Assembly (NCBI GenBank): GCA_023205875.1
Contig: CP060757.1
Coordinates: forward strand, 1,302,001 to 1,366,000
DNA length: 64,000 bases
Reading direction: 5' to 3'
Source of the DNA: Chloropicon primus
Lineage: Eukaryota
Part shown: piece after piece, positions 47,795 to 58,774 of the stretch
How positions within the stretch are numbered: position 1 is the stretch's first letter
Layout of the letters: each line of letters begins with the position of its first letter
Program-made: the position numbers and the translations under genes
The notes under the pieces: generated by a model
Told to the model about the DNA's origin: nothing
What the model saw: only the letters and a program-made list of their open reading frames with translations
Databases searched by the model: none

Positions 47795-50305
47795 ATGACG
47801 GCACTCCACGGTCACAACGGGAGCGAGATCCACCACACGCAGCTCCGGTTCAGCTCCAGGCCGATGGTGGCGACGTACCCGAGGTGGCACTACGACGACA
47901 AGAACTACCTCTCGGACCACGACTGGCGCGTGGATGCGGCGGGAGCAGCGGGGGGCTCGAGGAGCCGGGGGGACACGAAGTTTGAGTTTGGGCCCCAAGT
48001 CCCCGTGGGGCGCCAAGGCAGGAAGCCCGCCAGGGAGGGGACCGCGGGTTCGTCCAGGACGAAGGCGAACGCTTTGGTGTTCACCAACAAGCCAGGCGGC
48101 TCGGACGCCCTCGAGGAGTACAACTTCACCGTGTTCAAGGTCGCTCAGAGGAAGAAGAGCGAGGCGGAGGGGGCCTCGAGCAGCGGCAGCTGGTGGAAGT
48201 CGAACCAGTCGGCCTCCTCGGCGAACCCGTACAACTTGAAGAAGGGGAAGACGATCAGCATCCACGGCGAGACCATCTTCGACGTGATCGAGAGGAAGGC
48301 CGCGGAGAAGCAGAAGGAGCTGAACTCCCTGGAAGGCGGAGAGCCTCAGAGGAAGGAGGGGAAGCTCTTCAATGTGAGGGACCCACCCATGAAGCAGAGG
48401 AGTGCCATGGAGAAGAACGTCGTCGAGAAGGTTCGAGCGAGCGCCTTCTCGCCCCCAAGGCCGTCCACCTACGTGGACATAACAACCAAAAGGAACGCCA
48501 AGGACGGGAACCAAGGGCCAGCGGAAGGTGGCGGGGCGAGGGGCAAGCCTGGCTGGGTGAGCTCCACGCTGCTGGAGGACACCCTCCAGCACTCGAGCCC
48601 CGGGACGTACAACGCGCTCAAGTACGTCGAGCAAAGGAACAGGAAGTTTGCGCTGGCCCAATCCGTGGCCAAGCTGAACCACAAGATGAAGAGGCATCAC
48701 GAGGTGAGGCGGCTGGACGACCAGAAGCTCGGGCCCCTCAAGGAGACAATCCACGGGCTCGAGAAGCGCCAGGGGGTCCTGGAGAAGGAGAACCAGGAAC
48801 TCCAGCAGCTCGTCAAGGAGCTCGCTGGTGTCATCGAGGAGCACCAGAGGAACGCCCAGCGGCAGAGGGAGGCGGCCCAGCGGCAGAGGGAGATGAAAAA
48901 GAAGGGCACTAATTCCGGAGCGTCGAAGGCTTCCAGGACCCCCACCAGGAAAACGGCCTCGAGGGTCTCGACGAGCACTTTCGCGTCCACTTCGGGCAAG
49001 GCCGTCGGTGACGGCACCAGGAGCGGCGGCAGGAGGAAGTCAGATCCGAGAATCGCAGCGGGACCCTCGTCGAGCGCGACCGTGCAGAAGAGACCTGCTT
49101 CGGCTGTCCAGGGCCAGAAGAAGCAGAGGAGCCAGTGGAGGCAGCCAAGAACCACGGCAAAGCAGAGGGCGATGAGCGAGAGGACTCAAGCGTTTCAGCA
49201 AGCCATGAGCTTGATTTCAAGCAAGGGCGAGGACTCGAGGGATGTTCAGGAGACCCTCGAGGCCTTTGCAAGGGCTCAGGCTGAGGCAGAGCTGAAGATG
49301 AGCGATGTGCCCATGATGGCGTCGAACGAGGAGGACGAGGCCAGGGATCCCCTCCTGGACGGTCTGCAGAATCGCTTGCGCGAAGTCGGGGCCTCCTTCC
49401 TGAAAACGGAACCGCAAGTGCCAGCGAACCCGGGGGCGGCAGCCTCCGTCGTCAAGAACTTGGACAAGGTCGTCGTGGTCCCCACGTCCGGGGCGGCTCG
49501 GAGAGAGGACGCCGATTCGAGTGGTGCCAGAGCCAATGCGGGGGGAGCCAGCCCCAGGGGAGCCATGGACGAGGGTCTGAGGGACGACCTGATGCAAGCC
49601 GTCCAGAGCGAGCTCCAGAGGCAGATCGTGCAAGGGGTGCAGTCCAAGGCGCCCCCTGTTCGACCGAATACGGGTACGATCCAGGCTTTCATGGACGACA
49701 CCAATCGCAAGCTGGAGGCCATCTCCAGGCACTTCGCCGGGCTCCAGCAGACCCAAGAGGACAAGGGCCGGCAAGCCCCTGGCGGCGGCGAGGAGGAACG
49801 AGTCGTCATCGTGAGACCCCAGAACAAGAGGTTGGACCAAGGTGGACCCCCGCCGAGACTCGACGCGTCTCCGTCGCCAAAGGCGAAGTCCAGCGAAGCG
49901 GGGTCAGGCGCCCCGGCGGTCGAGAGGGACGTCACGTTCAGCACCCTCAAGAGCAAAAAGAACGTTGCGTTCGACTTGGACGGCGCGGTGCCCAAGCAGC
50001 TCATCGTTGGCGCCGACCGCGAGGTCGACTTTGTGGTGGACAAGAGGGTGGACCTCGCCAAGCTCTCCGCGCAGAGCATCAGGGACATCGAGGAGGGGAG
50101 GGAGGCCTTCCTCAGGCAGCAGAGGCAGAACGACGAGTTCGTCTACGCCAACGCGGCCTCGGACGAGTTCGACCCCGTGAAAATCGCGGAGAAGCTGGAG
50201 GACCTGATCATCGAGGACCTCTTGCAAGACTGCGCGAACGAGCTGTCCCAGGTCTGCGACTCCATCTGCGAGAACGTCTTCGAGCGGGAGTTCAAGAAGG
50301 CCTAG
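47795..50305 (+). CDS. Moonraker/KIAA0753-like centriolar coiled-coil protein
   Basis: N-terminal TQLRFS and C-terminal FDPVKIAEKLEDLIIEDLLQDCANELSQVCDSICENVFEREF resemble the KIAA0753 termini. Confidence 0.6.
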   Translation: MTALHGHNGSEIHHTQLRFSSRPMVATYPRWHYDDKNYLSDHDWRVDAAGAAGGSRSRGDTKFEFGPQVPVGRQGRKPAREGTAGSSRTKANALVFTNKPGGSDALEEYNFTVFKVAQRKKSEAEGASSSGSWWKSNQSASSANPYNLKKGKTISIHGETIFDVIERKAAEKQKELNSLEGGEPQRKEGKLFNVRDPPMKQRSAMEKNVVEKVRASAFSPPRPSTYVDITTKRNAKDGNQGPAEGGGARGKPGWVSSTLLEDTLQHSSPGTYNALKYVEQRNRKFALAQSVAKLNHKMKRHHEVRRLDDQKLGPLKETIHGLEKRQGVLEKENQELQQLVKELAGVIEEHQRNAQRQREAAQRQREMKKKGTNSGASKASRTPTRKTASRVSTSTFASTSGKAVGDGTRSGGRRKSDPRIAAGPSSSATVQKRPASAVQGQKKQRSQWRQPRTTAKQRAMSERTQAFQQAMSLISSKGEDSRDVQETLEAFARAQAEAELKMSDVPMMASNEEDEARDPLLDGLQNRLREVGASFLKTEPQVPANPGAAASVVKNLDKVVVVPTSGAARREDADSSGARANAGGASPRGAMDEGLRDDLMQAVQSELQRQIVQGVQSKAPPVRPNTGTIQAFMDDTNRKLEAISRHFAGLQQTQEDKGRQAPGGGEEERVVIVRPQNKRLDQGGPPPRLDASPSPKAKSSEAGSGAPAVERDVTFSTLKSKKNVAFDLDGAVPKQLIVGADREVDFVVDKRVDLAKLSAQSIRDIEEGREAFLRQQRQNDEFVYANAASDEFDPVKIAEKLEDLIIEDLLQDCANELSQVCDSICENVFEREFKKA

Positions 50306-50334
50306 TTATCTCGTTCTCTTCTCTTGTAATCATG

Positions 50335-50515
50335 AAACCTTCAGCCGAGGTGTCAATCGAAAGCCCTTGAGACGCGCTTCCGTTCTTTCAACACCTCCTC
50401 CCCTTCGCCGTCCCCGTTCGTGCACAAAGTCCTCGACAACAACACCTTCCCTCTCCCTTGTCGTGCGACGAACCCGGGCGTTAATTCTCACTCTCGTTTT
50501 CAACTCCTCATCTCC
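50335..50515. repeat. Dispersed ~181-bp repeat, family B copy 2
   Basis: Aligns end to end with copies 1 and 3, same orientation. Confidence 0.94.
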
Positions 50516-50789
50516 TAGGGTTTTGTCAGAGCCCAGTTCATGGAGGAGGCGAGTCCTGAGACGAGGATGGAGTTGGATGGATGAAGGGGAAGAGGGGAAG
50601 AGGGGAAGAGGGGAAGGGAGACCAGTATAAAAGGAAGGACTTTGTTGCTCTCTCCATTGCTTTCGATGGATCAAGGAATGAATGGAGCGGCCGCTTGCTT
50701 CCTTTGTAACGCACGCGACGGTCTCGTGTCGGCCTCGATCGATATTGATGAGGAGAAAAGGCCATGATGGCACAGAGTGATATTTGTAT

Positions 50790-51255
50790 CTACATGTTGC
50801 TTATACTCTCTCCTAACGCTTGCTTGACCTTGACCTGGCATACAGCCTCCCTCCTCACTCTTCCTCCTTGACCTTGACGATGGAAGGGGTCGTCTTGCTT
50901 CGTGTTCTCTTCGACGACGGAGGACGAGGAGCAGCTTTGCAGAGCCCGATCTCTTCGAGGTACTCTCTCTCTCTTCACAATACATTGTTCCTTGTCGCTC
51001 AGCTTAAGAGATGCGTCCGCAAAGATGATCCTCAACGCCTCGTTGTAGTCCGCGATCTCTCTTCTTCTCCGGGGACTTGCTGTCATAGCGTTGGGCCTCC
51101 TGCACGGCTTCGGCGTACTCCTCCTCCGTCACCAGGCCCGACTCGAGAGCCTCTCTCAAATCCAAAGCATAGGGAGAAGAAGAACTCGTCGTGGCGTTGT
51201 TGTTGATGGCGTTGGCGTTGGACTTCTGCACATTGAGCTCGTCAGTTTGATTGAT
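50790..51255 (-). pseudogene. Degenerate coding remnant with a SHOCT-like helix downstream of the HARE-HTH gene
   Basis: LDLREALESGLVTEEEYAEA lies in the same frame as the upstream gene, behind its TGA; no ATG; coding-like sequence then continues in another frame (IADYNEALRIIFADASL). Confidence 0.4.
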
Positions 51256-52027
51256 TCAAGGACTCAGTGGCAATGCATATGTTCCAGGTTCAGTGCAGAC
51301 AAAGCAGGGGCTCTTCCAACAAGCAGACCTGACATTGTTCAGCATTCTCTCATCATCAGTAGAAACAGAACCATCTCTCTGCCTGAACACATACAACTTC
51401 TTGGCCCGGATCCGGCCAAGGATCTCTTTGGTGTGCAAGCCTCTCCCTCCCGCATCTTGAAGAACGCGATAGATGGCATCCCGAAGCGGTGAGGGTCTGG
51501 CTGCAACTTGAGTATTGGACCCATTCAAGGACTCAGTGGCAATGGCATATGTTCCAGGTTCAGTGCAGACAAAGCAGGGGCTCTTCCAACAAGCAGACCT
51601 GACATTGTTCAGCATTCTCTCATCATCAGTAGAAACAGAACCATCTCTCTGCCTGAACACATACAACTTCTTGGCCCGGATCCGGCCAAGGATCTCTTTG
51701 GTGTGCAAGCCCCTCCCTCCCGCATCTTGAAGAACACGATAGATGGCATCCCGAAGCGATGAGGGCCTGACAGCATCTTGAGTATTTGACCTATTCAAGT
51801 ATTCCTTGGCAATGGCATATGTTGCACGTGCAGTGCGAACAAAGCGGGGGCTCTGTGTACAAGCAGTCCCGACACGTATCCGCATTCTCAACAGATCAGA
51901 ACAAACAGAACCATCTCTCCACGTGAACACGTATAGCTTCTTGGCCCGGATCCGACCAAGGATCTCTTTGACGCATAAGCTCCTCCCTCCCGCATCTCGA
52001 AGAACGCGATAGATGGCATCCCGAAGC
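51254..52027. repeat. 270-bp tandem repeat, 3 units
   Basis: Equivalent positions at 51281, 51551 and 51821; the two left units are almost identical. Confidence 0.93.
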
Positions 52028-52218
52028 GTTCTCTTTCGATTGCGAGCAGTCATCCGATGTGTGTTGTCTCTCATCATAGTCATCAACACCTGCGCTGGCT
52101 CTGGACCACCTGTGAACAGTCCCCCCTTGTCATCACCGTCGGCGTCGGTCGTCGCTGCTGTCGTCGCCGCCGTCGACCTGGTGCGTGTTCTGGGACTTTG
52201 TCTCGTGGGACGCCTCAT
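51256..52218 (-). CDS. Protein with three tandem HARE-HTH (HB1/ASXL/restriction endonuclease) winged-helix domains
   Basis: 3 x LRDAIYRVL.DAGGR.L..KEILGRIRAKKLY...F....(G/A)TYA; start uncertain. Confidence 0.72.
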   Translation of the reverse strand: MRRPTRQSPRTRTRSTAATTAATTDADGDDKGGLFTGGPEPAQVLMTMMRDNTHRMTARNRKRTLRDAIYRVLRDAGGRSLCVKEILGRIRAKKLYVFTWRDGSVCSDLLRMRIRVGTACTQSPRFVRTARATYAIAKEYLNRSNTQDAVRPSSLRDAIYRVLQDAGGRGLHTKEILGRIRAKKLYVFRQRDGSVSTDDERMLNNVRSACWKSPCFVCTEPGTYAIATESLNGSNTQVAARPSPLRDAIYRVLQDAGGRGLHTKEILGRIRAKKLYVFRQRDGSVSTDDERMLNNVRSACWKSPCFVCTEPGTYALPLSP

Positions 52219-52365
52219 GATGAAATAAAGCACCGCACAACACTGCACTGCTCCACCAGTTCCTTCGAAGACGTCCCTCCCCTTCCTCTTCACGAACCGA
52301 GCTCACGAACAAACTTCTGAGATCCTCTAACCTCAAAGGAGCGCGAGGGACCACTCCGTTTGCCA

Positions 52366-52546
52366 AAACCTTCAGCCGAGGTGTCAATCGAAAGCCCTTG
52401 AGACGCGCTTCCGTTCTTTTAACACCTCCTCCCCTTCGCCGTCCCCGTCCGTGCACAAAGTCCTCAACAAAAACGCCTTCCCTCTCCCTTGTCGCGCGAC
52501 GAACCCGGGCGTTAAATCTCACTCGCGTTTTCAACTCCTTATCTTC
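52366..52546. repeat. Dispersed ~181-bp repeat, family B copy 3
   Basis: Aligns with copies 1 and 2. Confidence 0.94.
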
Positions 52547-52663
52547 TTTGGGGGTTTCGCGCGAGGAAATCAGCAGTCTTGGTCTCCCCATCTCCAGAGA
52601 GATTGGGAGACAGACAGAGGAAGAGGTGGCCGTTCGTCGACGTCGACACCAAGGCGCGCGGTG

Positions 52664-53548
52664 ATGGCCGCTCCCGACCTGCCGATTCCCTGCGGTGCAG
52701 CTAGGGGAAGGGTCAGGGACGTACACGAGGCGGCGACAGGGGGCCTTCCCCCGGTGGAGGCGTGGCCTGAGAGGCCGGTGCTCGTTACGATGAGGAAGGA
52801 GATGGATCCGCAGGAGGTTCCGGTGTCCACGGCCGTGGAGATTCCTGTGTCGACGCGGCTGTTTCATGGCACGGTGAAACTCTTCGTCCGAGTGGAGGCG
52901 GAGGCAGCCGATGATCATCGATCGAAGGACTCCTACTACTACTTTCGTGGCCGGAGGAGGTTGGCTGGCGTTATTCTCAGGGGAAAGTTCAAGGACGGAC
53001 TCAGGATGGATTCAGTGTATGCGGGGAATTGGTTCGAGGCCCCCATACGCATGATGAAGCAGAGGGGCATCGTACTTGGAGTAATCAGGAGGTTACTCCC
53101 GCACCTTCACCTTGGCATGGATTTTATTGCTGCGCCTCTCATCCTCGACGCGAAAAGAATGGCGGTGTATGCTCACCACGAGGCATGCGCCCCCACTTGC
53201 GGGAAATCCTTGTCCGTGGACGAGAAGACGGATCTGCTTGGTGGCTTCTTCGCTCAACAAGCCAGGTCCCCAAGGGAGAGAAGAGCTTTTTTGCGGAAAA
53301 CGGGCCTCTGCTTCCGAGAAGACCACGTCTATGAGTTCGAGCTCTACCAGGACAAGGTCAACTTCCAGACGTACGACTTGAAGCTCCCACTCGTGAGCGT
53401 CAACGTGGGTTCCATCCTGGGAGGGCAGCCCATGCAATTCGGGCTGAGATTGAAAACGAGCGGCGGGGAGGACGAGTGGGTGACCCCTCGTTTCTCGTTC
53501 TGGAGCGAGGATTTGTTGCGTCAAAGGCAAGTCCTAAATTCGACATAA
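52664..53548 (+). CDS. DUF1769-like protein
   Basis: IPVSTRLFHG.V..FVR...YFRGRRR...GKFK...GNWF..P; RERRAFL...F...VYEFE.Y. Confidence 0.72.
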   Translation: MAAPDLPIPCGAARGRVRDVHEAATGGLPPVEAWPERPVLVTMRKEMDPQEVPVSTAVEIPVSTRLFHGTVKLFVRVEAEAADDHRSKDSYYYFRGRRRLAGVILRGKFKDGLRMDSVYAGNWFEAPIRMMKQRGIVLGVIRRLLPHLHLGMDFIAAPLILDAKRMAVYAHHEACAPTCGKSLSVDEKTDLLGGFFAQQARSPRERRAFLRKTGLCFREDHVYEFELYQDKVNFQTYDLKLPLVSVNVGSILGGQPMQFGLRLKTSGGEDEWVTPRFSFWSEDLLRQRQVLNST

Positions 53549-53594
53549 CTTCATTTTGCGTTACACAGCTGCAAGCCTATTTCTATTTCGTTGC

Positions 53595-56058
53595 TCAGAT
53601 GGAGTCTTCCTCGTCGTCCGGCAGCTTTAACTTCTCGATGGCTGACTTTATCACACCGATGTCCGCCGACGAGGGTTTCAGGTCCAGCGCCACACAAAAG
53701 TGGGCCATGGCCTGGTCAATCCTTCCCAGCCTTTTGCACGTCTTGCCGAGCAGGAAGAATAAGTTTGGCTCCCTCGGGGCAATGTCCTTGAGGGACTCCA
53801 GCTCCTCGAGGGCCTCCAGGAGGTGGCCAATCGAGAACAAGACGACGGCCCTTTCGTACTTTGCAATGGCGTTGTGGGGGTCCTTCGTGACGGCCTCGTC
53901 CAGAAGCTCCAAGGCCTCGTCGGTGCAGCCCATCTTGTGAAGGGTTTTGCCCAAGCAGCAGCGCAGGACGGACGAGTTTCTGTTGATCTCCAGAGCTCTC
54001 CTGTAGTGATACTCGGTCATCTCGTACTTCTCCTGCTTGTAGTAGATCTGCCCTATCCCGTACCAAGCGTTGTAGTGCTGGGCATCGATTCTGATGGCAT
54101 TCCTGTAGCACCTCAGGCTGCTGACAAAGTCCTCGTTCGCAAAGTACTCGTGACCACAAAGGGTGTGGGCGTACGTGAACCGGGGATCCAACTGCAAGGC
54201 CCTCTGGAAGAACTTCAAGGCAGTTTCGTGCTCCTTCTGCAGACTGAAGCAGTTCCCCAAGACGCACCAGGCCTCGGGCGACAGCCTGTCGATCGCCATG
54301 AGCTCGTGGGCCAGGTACATGAGGTCCGTCTCCTTCTTCATGTGCCACAGCACCGTGGAGTAGATCTCCAAGTCCTCCAGCCTGTGCGGGTCGATCCGCC
54401 GGGCTTCCTTGAAGTGCTGGGCCGCGGCCTCGTACTTGACGAGCTCAAAGTTCGCCTTGGCCAGCTGGCACTGCACCCAAGCGGTGCTGCACTGGCTCTG
54501 AGGAAGGGATTGGAAGATCTCTATGGCTCGGTTGCTCCTGAACTTGCAGTTGGCGGCCAGGCCCTGGGCCAGCTTTCCGAAGAGCTGGATGGTGGACGAA
54601 TACGTCTCCCTCAGATTGGATTTCTGAGCACTGTAGCTGCCGCCGTCCAGCTTGCTGTCCACCGTCATAGCCTTGCCACCCTCAGCCTCGGGCTTGGGTG
54701 GGGTTGGGGTGGCCTTCCTCTCGGACTCCGCAGTCGGGTTACTAGCGGCCGCGCTGCCAACCTGGTTCCCCTCCGTCCAGGCCAAGACCCGGGACTTTTG
54801 GGCCAAGCCCATCACCGGCGTGGAGGTCCCCGCGTGGACGCTCCTGCTCGGGGGAGAGATGTTCATGGGCTCACCGAAGAGGCGTCCAGAGACCTTCCTC
54901 ATTTTCCCCTCGTAGTTTATCTTCCTCCCCTTGGTGGGGTGCACCTTGGCGCCTGGCTCGGGCGCCTCGGGCGTGACATACTCTTCCCCGCCGCCCTGGG
55001 CGTTCTGCACGACCGGAGGCGTGATGAAATTCCTCGGCGACGGAGTGACGTAGTTGTTGGCCACCCCGGCGGACGGCTTGAGGCCAGGAACGGGCAAGCC
55101 GAGCGCGGCCTCCGCCGTGGGGGCGTGCTCCTCGTTCGGAGTCACAAAAGACCCGCCCCTCGCGTCGCTGCCATCCGTCATCAAAGTCCCGGACGGCGGG
55201 GGGCCAGACTGGTTTCCCGGGGTCACCCTATCTCCCCAGATCTGAGGAGGCGTCACGTACGAGGTCTCGCTGTAGTTTCTCCTCTTGTTCTGCTCCTCCC
55301 CGAAGGAGAAACCCGGGGTCTCCCTGCCGTCCTGCCCGCGCGTCGCGGGAGCAGGAGCCAGGTCGAACCCAGCCCCGCTCAGGCGCCTCTGTTGCTGAGC
55401 GACGATCCCGTTGACCTCGTCCTCCGCGCCCAGCTGGCAGAGCTCCTCGTAGGCCGACCACAGCAGAGGATTGAGCTCGAGGGCCGTCTTCAGGTGCTTC
55501 ACCGCCTGCTGACCCCTCCCCGAGAGCCTGCAGATGTGGCCCAGGAGATAGAACCCCGCAGCCCCGTTCGGCAGCCTGTTCTGGTACTCCCCGCTCTCAT
55601 AGCTCATCCCCGCATCAATGTCGTGCTCGCTCGTGCTCTCGCTCCCCAGGAGCTCCTTCTCGGCCTCTATCAAGTCCCCGAGCTCGATGTGGCACTGCGC
55701 CAGGAGATACCTAAAGGACGGGGCGTGGGAACGAGAGAGAGAAGGAGAGGAACGAAACAAGCACGCCGCGTCAGACAAACACTGCACGAGGCTGAAGGAG
55801 ACATCGAAGCGAATAGTAACGAGTCACTCACCTGCACTGCTCGCTCTGCCGCCCCCTCAGGGCCTCCTTGGCCCTCAGAGGCTTCCCCAGCCTGTGGTAC
55901 GTGACGGCGAGTATGTAAGCGTTCTCCTCGTCCTCCCGGTTCTCCGCGCACAGCCTCTCGGCTATGAAGCACGCGTTCGACACCAGGTTCAACCGCAGCG
56001 ACCTCCATATCTGCTCCCGCAGGACCCCCTCGTCCACTCCCAGCCCCACAACAACCAT
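53595..56058 (-). CDS. CDC27: APC/C subunit CDC27/APC3; exons 56058-55832, 55710-53595
   Basis: NACFIAERL, LEIYSTVLWH, SPEAWCVLGNCFSLQKEHETA, YAHTLCGHEY, HYNAWYG TPR block. Confidence 0.95.
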
Positions 56059-56153
56059 ACTCCCCCTCCCCTCCTCTCCTCGAGTTGGGCCTCTCCCCCG
56101 GCTCTCCTGCTTTTGGTTTTGAATTGGCGCGAAAGGCGAAAGCGAAAGCGCGG

Positions 56154-56187
<34 letters not shown>

Positions 56188-57266
56188 ATGACGGTGGAAG
56201 GGGTTGTGGAGTTGCTTGGGTCGAGGGGTGTGGAGGAGAAGGAGGTGGAGGAGGCGTGGGAGGGGCTGGAGGAGGAGGAGCTGAGGGTGGAGGTCGGCAA
56301 GTACGAGGAGGCGTTGAGGAGCCTGGCGAGGGATCTTTGCGACAGGGAGGTGGCCTTCAGACCGGAACTCGTGGACTTTAGAGGGTTGAACGCCAACAGC
56401 GAGGGGACCGCGAACGAGGACGAGGTCCTGGGGAACGTTGAGGACTTGGACCCCAGCGAGTGGGAGGTGCCGAGCGAGTGCGTGCCCATCCACACGAACG
56501 TGACCCTCTTCGACTGGAAGAGGCTCTACGACGTGGAGCAGTTCGACGTGATTATGATGGACCCGCCGTGGCAGCTCGCGACGCACAACCCGACCCGCGG
56601 GGTTGCTCTGGGGTACAGTCAGCTCACGGACAGGTGCGTGACCCTCGCGGCGGCGACGACGAAAAATTGAAGATTGTGAAGTTGGCGCGCGGCGCATGGG
56701 ACTGACTTTGGTTTTGCTTTGTTTCCCCCCACCACCCTGTTCCTTGTGTTGGCAGGCACATCACGGACCTGCCCATCAACAAGCTCCAGAAGGACGGCGG
56801 TTTCTTGTTCGTGTGGGTGATCAACGCCAAGTACAAGTTCACCCTGGACTTGTTCAAGGAGTGGGGGTACGAGATGGTGGACGAGATCGTTTGGGTGAAG
56901 CTCACGGTGAACAGGAGGCTGGCCAAGTCCCACGGGTACTACCTGCAGCACGCCAAGGAGGTGTGCCTGGTGGCGAGGAAGGGGAAGATCCCCGAGGGCA
57001 CGAGGACGAGCATAGCGAACGACGTGATCATGAGCGAGAGGAGGGGCCAGAGCCAGAAGCCCGAGGAGATCTACGAGATCATCGAGGAGCTCGTGCCCAA
57101 CGGGAGGTACTTGGAGATCTTCGGAAGGAAGAACAACTTGAGGGACTACTGGGTGACGGTGGGCAACGAGGTCACCGGGAAAGGGATGCCTCCGGAGGAT
57201 CTGGAGACCACCAAGGACGGCGCGGGGATTCACGGGGCGGTCTACGGTGCCTCCAACAGGAAGTGA
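56188..57266 (+). CDS. AMT1: MT-A70 family N6-adenine methyltransferase, AMT1/MTA1 (DNA 6mA) clade; exons 56188-56633, 56756-57266
   Basis: DVIMMDPPWQL...PTRGVALGY, FLFVWVINAKY, WGY..VDEIVWVK, HGYYLQHAKE.CL, SQKPEE, LEIFGR.NN. Confidence 0.88.
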
Positions 57267-57315
57267 ACATTTAAGTCATCTGTATTAACAAGTCTCTCTA
57301 TCACGGGACGAACGG

Positions 57316-57824
57316 CTAGGCTTTGATCATCGTCCAGGCGGCGACAAACGTCGTGACTAGCAAGGGCATGTCACCGAGGTGGCTCACCATGCCGCCGAGC
57401 ATTCTACCCTCCGGGCCGGTCCCCGCGTTGTAGCCTCGGATGTAGAGGAAACGGCCCACCACCCAGATCGCCCCGAAGATTGCAGCCGTCTTAGGGAACA
57501 CAGTCGCCGAGGAAAGCATCATCATGTTCACGATCGGGAGATTCTCCAACGTGTTCTGGTGCGCCCTCTGCGAGCAGTTGTACAACTCATCGCTCTTCTT
57601 CGTACCTGCAGGTTCGCGTTTCGAGGCGACAGGGCGACCGTGTCAGCAACCAGCGACCGACCGTCGAGCGATCCTCACTCACCATTCGAATAAAGCGTCG
57701 GATACTTTATCCCATACTTCTTCCTTGCCTTCATGACCTTGACAGCTCCGTAAGCACTGACCAAGAACGACGCGCCGACGACGGCAATCGCGTACCCAAA
57801 ATCCTTCCCCAACGTAACAGACAT
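57316..57824 (-). CDS. MGST3: MAPEG family microsomal glutathione S-transferase 3-like; exons 57824-57683, 57605-57316
   Basis: VMKARKKYGIKYPTLY, NCSQRAHQNTLE, GRFLY..GY. Confidence 0.92.
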
Positions 57825-58197
57825 GTCGACGGCTGGCGTTCTCTCCTCTCTCCTGTTCGCCAAACCCACTCACCTTCACTTTCCGCGGAGCTCTCTCTCC
57901 AGGGAAAAGGTGGAGTCAGTGAGGCTTGAGGGTCAACTGGGCGAACAAGAGAGCCTTGCGGTCGACACGAGGCACCAGAGGGGGAGAGGAAGGTATCATC
58001 GGAAAGAGTATCTCACGGGCTTTCGAAAGAGCCCTCGCATGCTTCGTTTAGACTCCATGATGGCGGAGAAACTTGAGGAGGAGTCGAAATCGTTGCAGAG
58101 AGAAGGACGGAGAGGGTGACTTAGAAGGGGAAGAATTGGGAACTTTAGCGACGCTCGATGAGAACGACAGCTTGACCAAAGTGGCGCCACTGGAGGG

Positions 58198-58524
58198 ATG
58201 GTGTCTGTGTTGGAGGAGGTGGTTGTGCTGGTTGTGGTGGGGTTGGTGGTGGCTTGCTTGTACCTGCTGAAGCAGAAGTTGCTGCTGGAGGACAGGAACA
58301 CGGTGGAGTGGAGACGGAGCGAGGAGCGGAAGAAAGAACTGGAGGGACAGCTTGAAAACGTGAAGAAACAGATCGAGGTCGAGAGGGCCAACGTGGAAGG
58401 GATAAAGCGCCAGGCGGAGAGTCAGCAAGAGGCGTTCATGGCGTTGATGTACGAGAACCAGAGCCTCAAAGACCAGCTGAAGGCCCTGGATCGAGTAAAC
58501 CTCTCGACGAAGAAAGACTCGTGA
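58198..58524 (+). CDS. Small protein: N-terminal TM + coiled coil
   Basis: Hydrophobic N-terminus followed by an E/K/Q heptad region; 108 aa. Confidence 0.65.
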   Translation: MVSVLEEVVVLVVVGLVVACLYLLKQKLLLEDRNTVEWRRSEERKKELEGQLENVKKQIEVERANVEGIKRQAESQQEAFMALMYENQSLKDQLKALDRVNLSTKKDS

Positions 58525-58774
58525 GGGATGGTTGGGTTTCTGGGACCTGGTTTCCATCAATCTGGGTTCTTCGTCTTTCTGATCGGGTGGGACGATGGCC
58601 GTGGGGAGAGGGACCACCGGCCGCACGGGTGGCTCGAGGTCACCTCCTCGCAACGGGGACCAAGAAGCTTTGGAGAGAGAGCGGACCCCCTTCTCTTCTC
58701 CACTATTATGAAGGCTTCGGTCCTGATGATGTGAAGCAGCACGTTTTTATACCTGGGGGGCAGGGTGCCTAAAA

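Noticed and set aside
50620..50770. TATAAAAG plus hairpins (CTCCATT/AATGGAG; GGCCT/AGGCC) suggesting a small RNA
   Set aside because: Short stems, ambiguous strand and no identifiable guide or family.
50335..52546. Autonomous LTR retrotransposon
   Set aside because: No gag, RT or integrase, and no clear TG..CA termini, PBS or target-site duplication.
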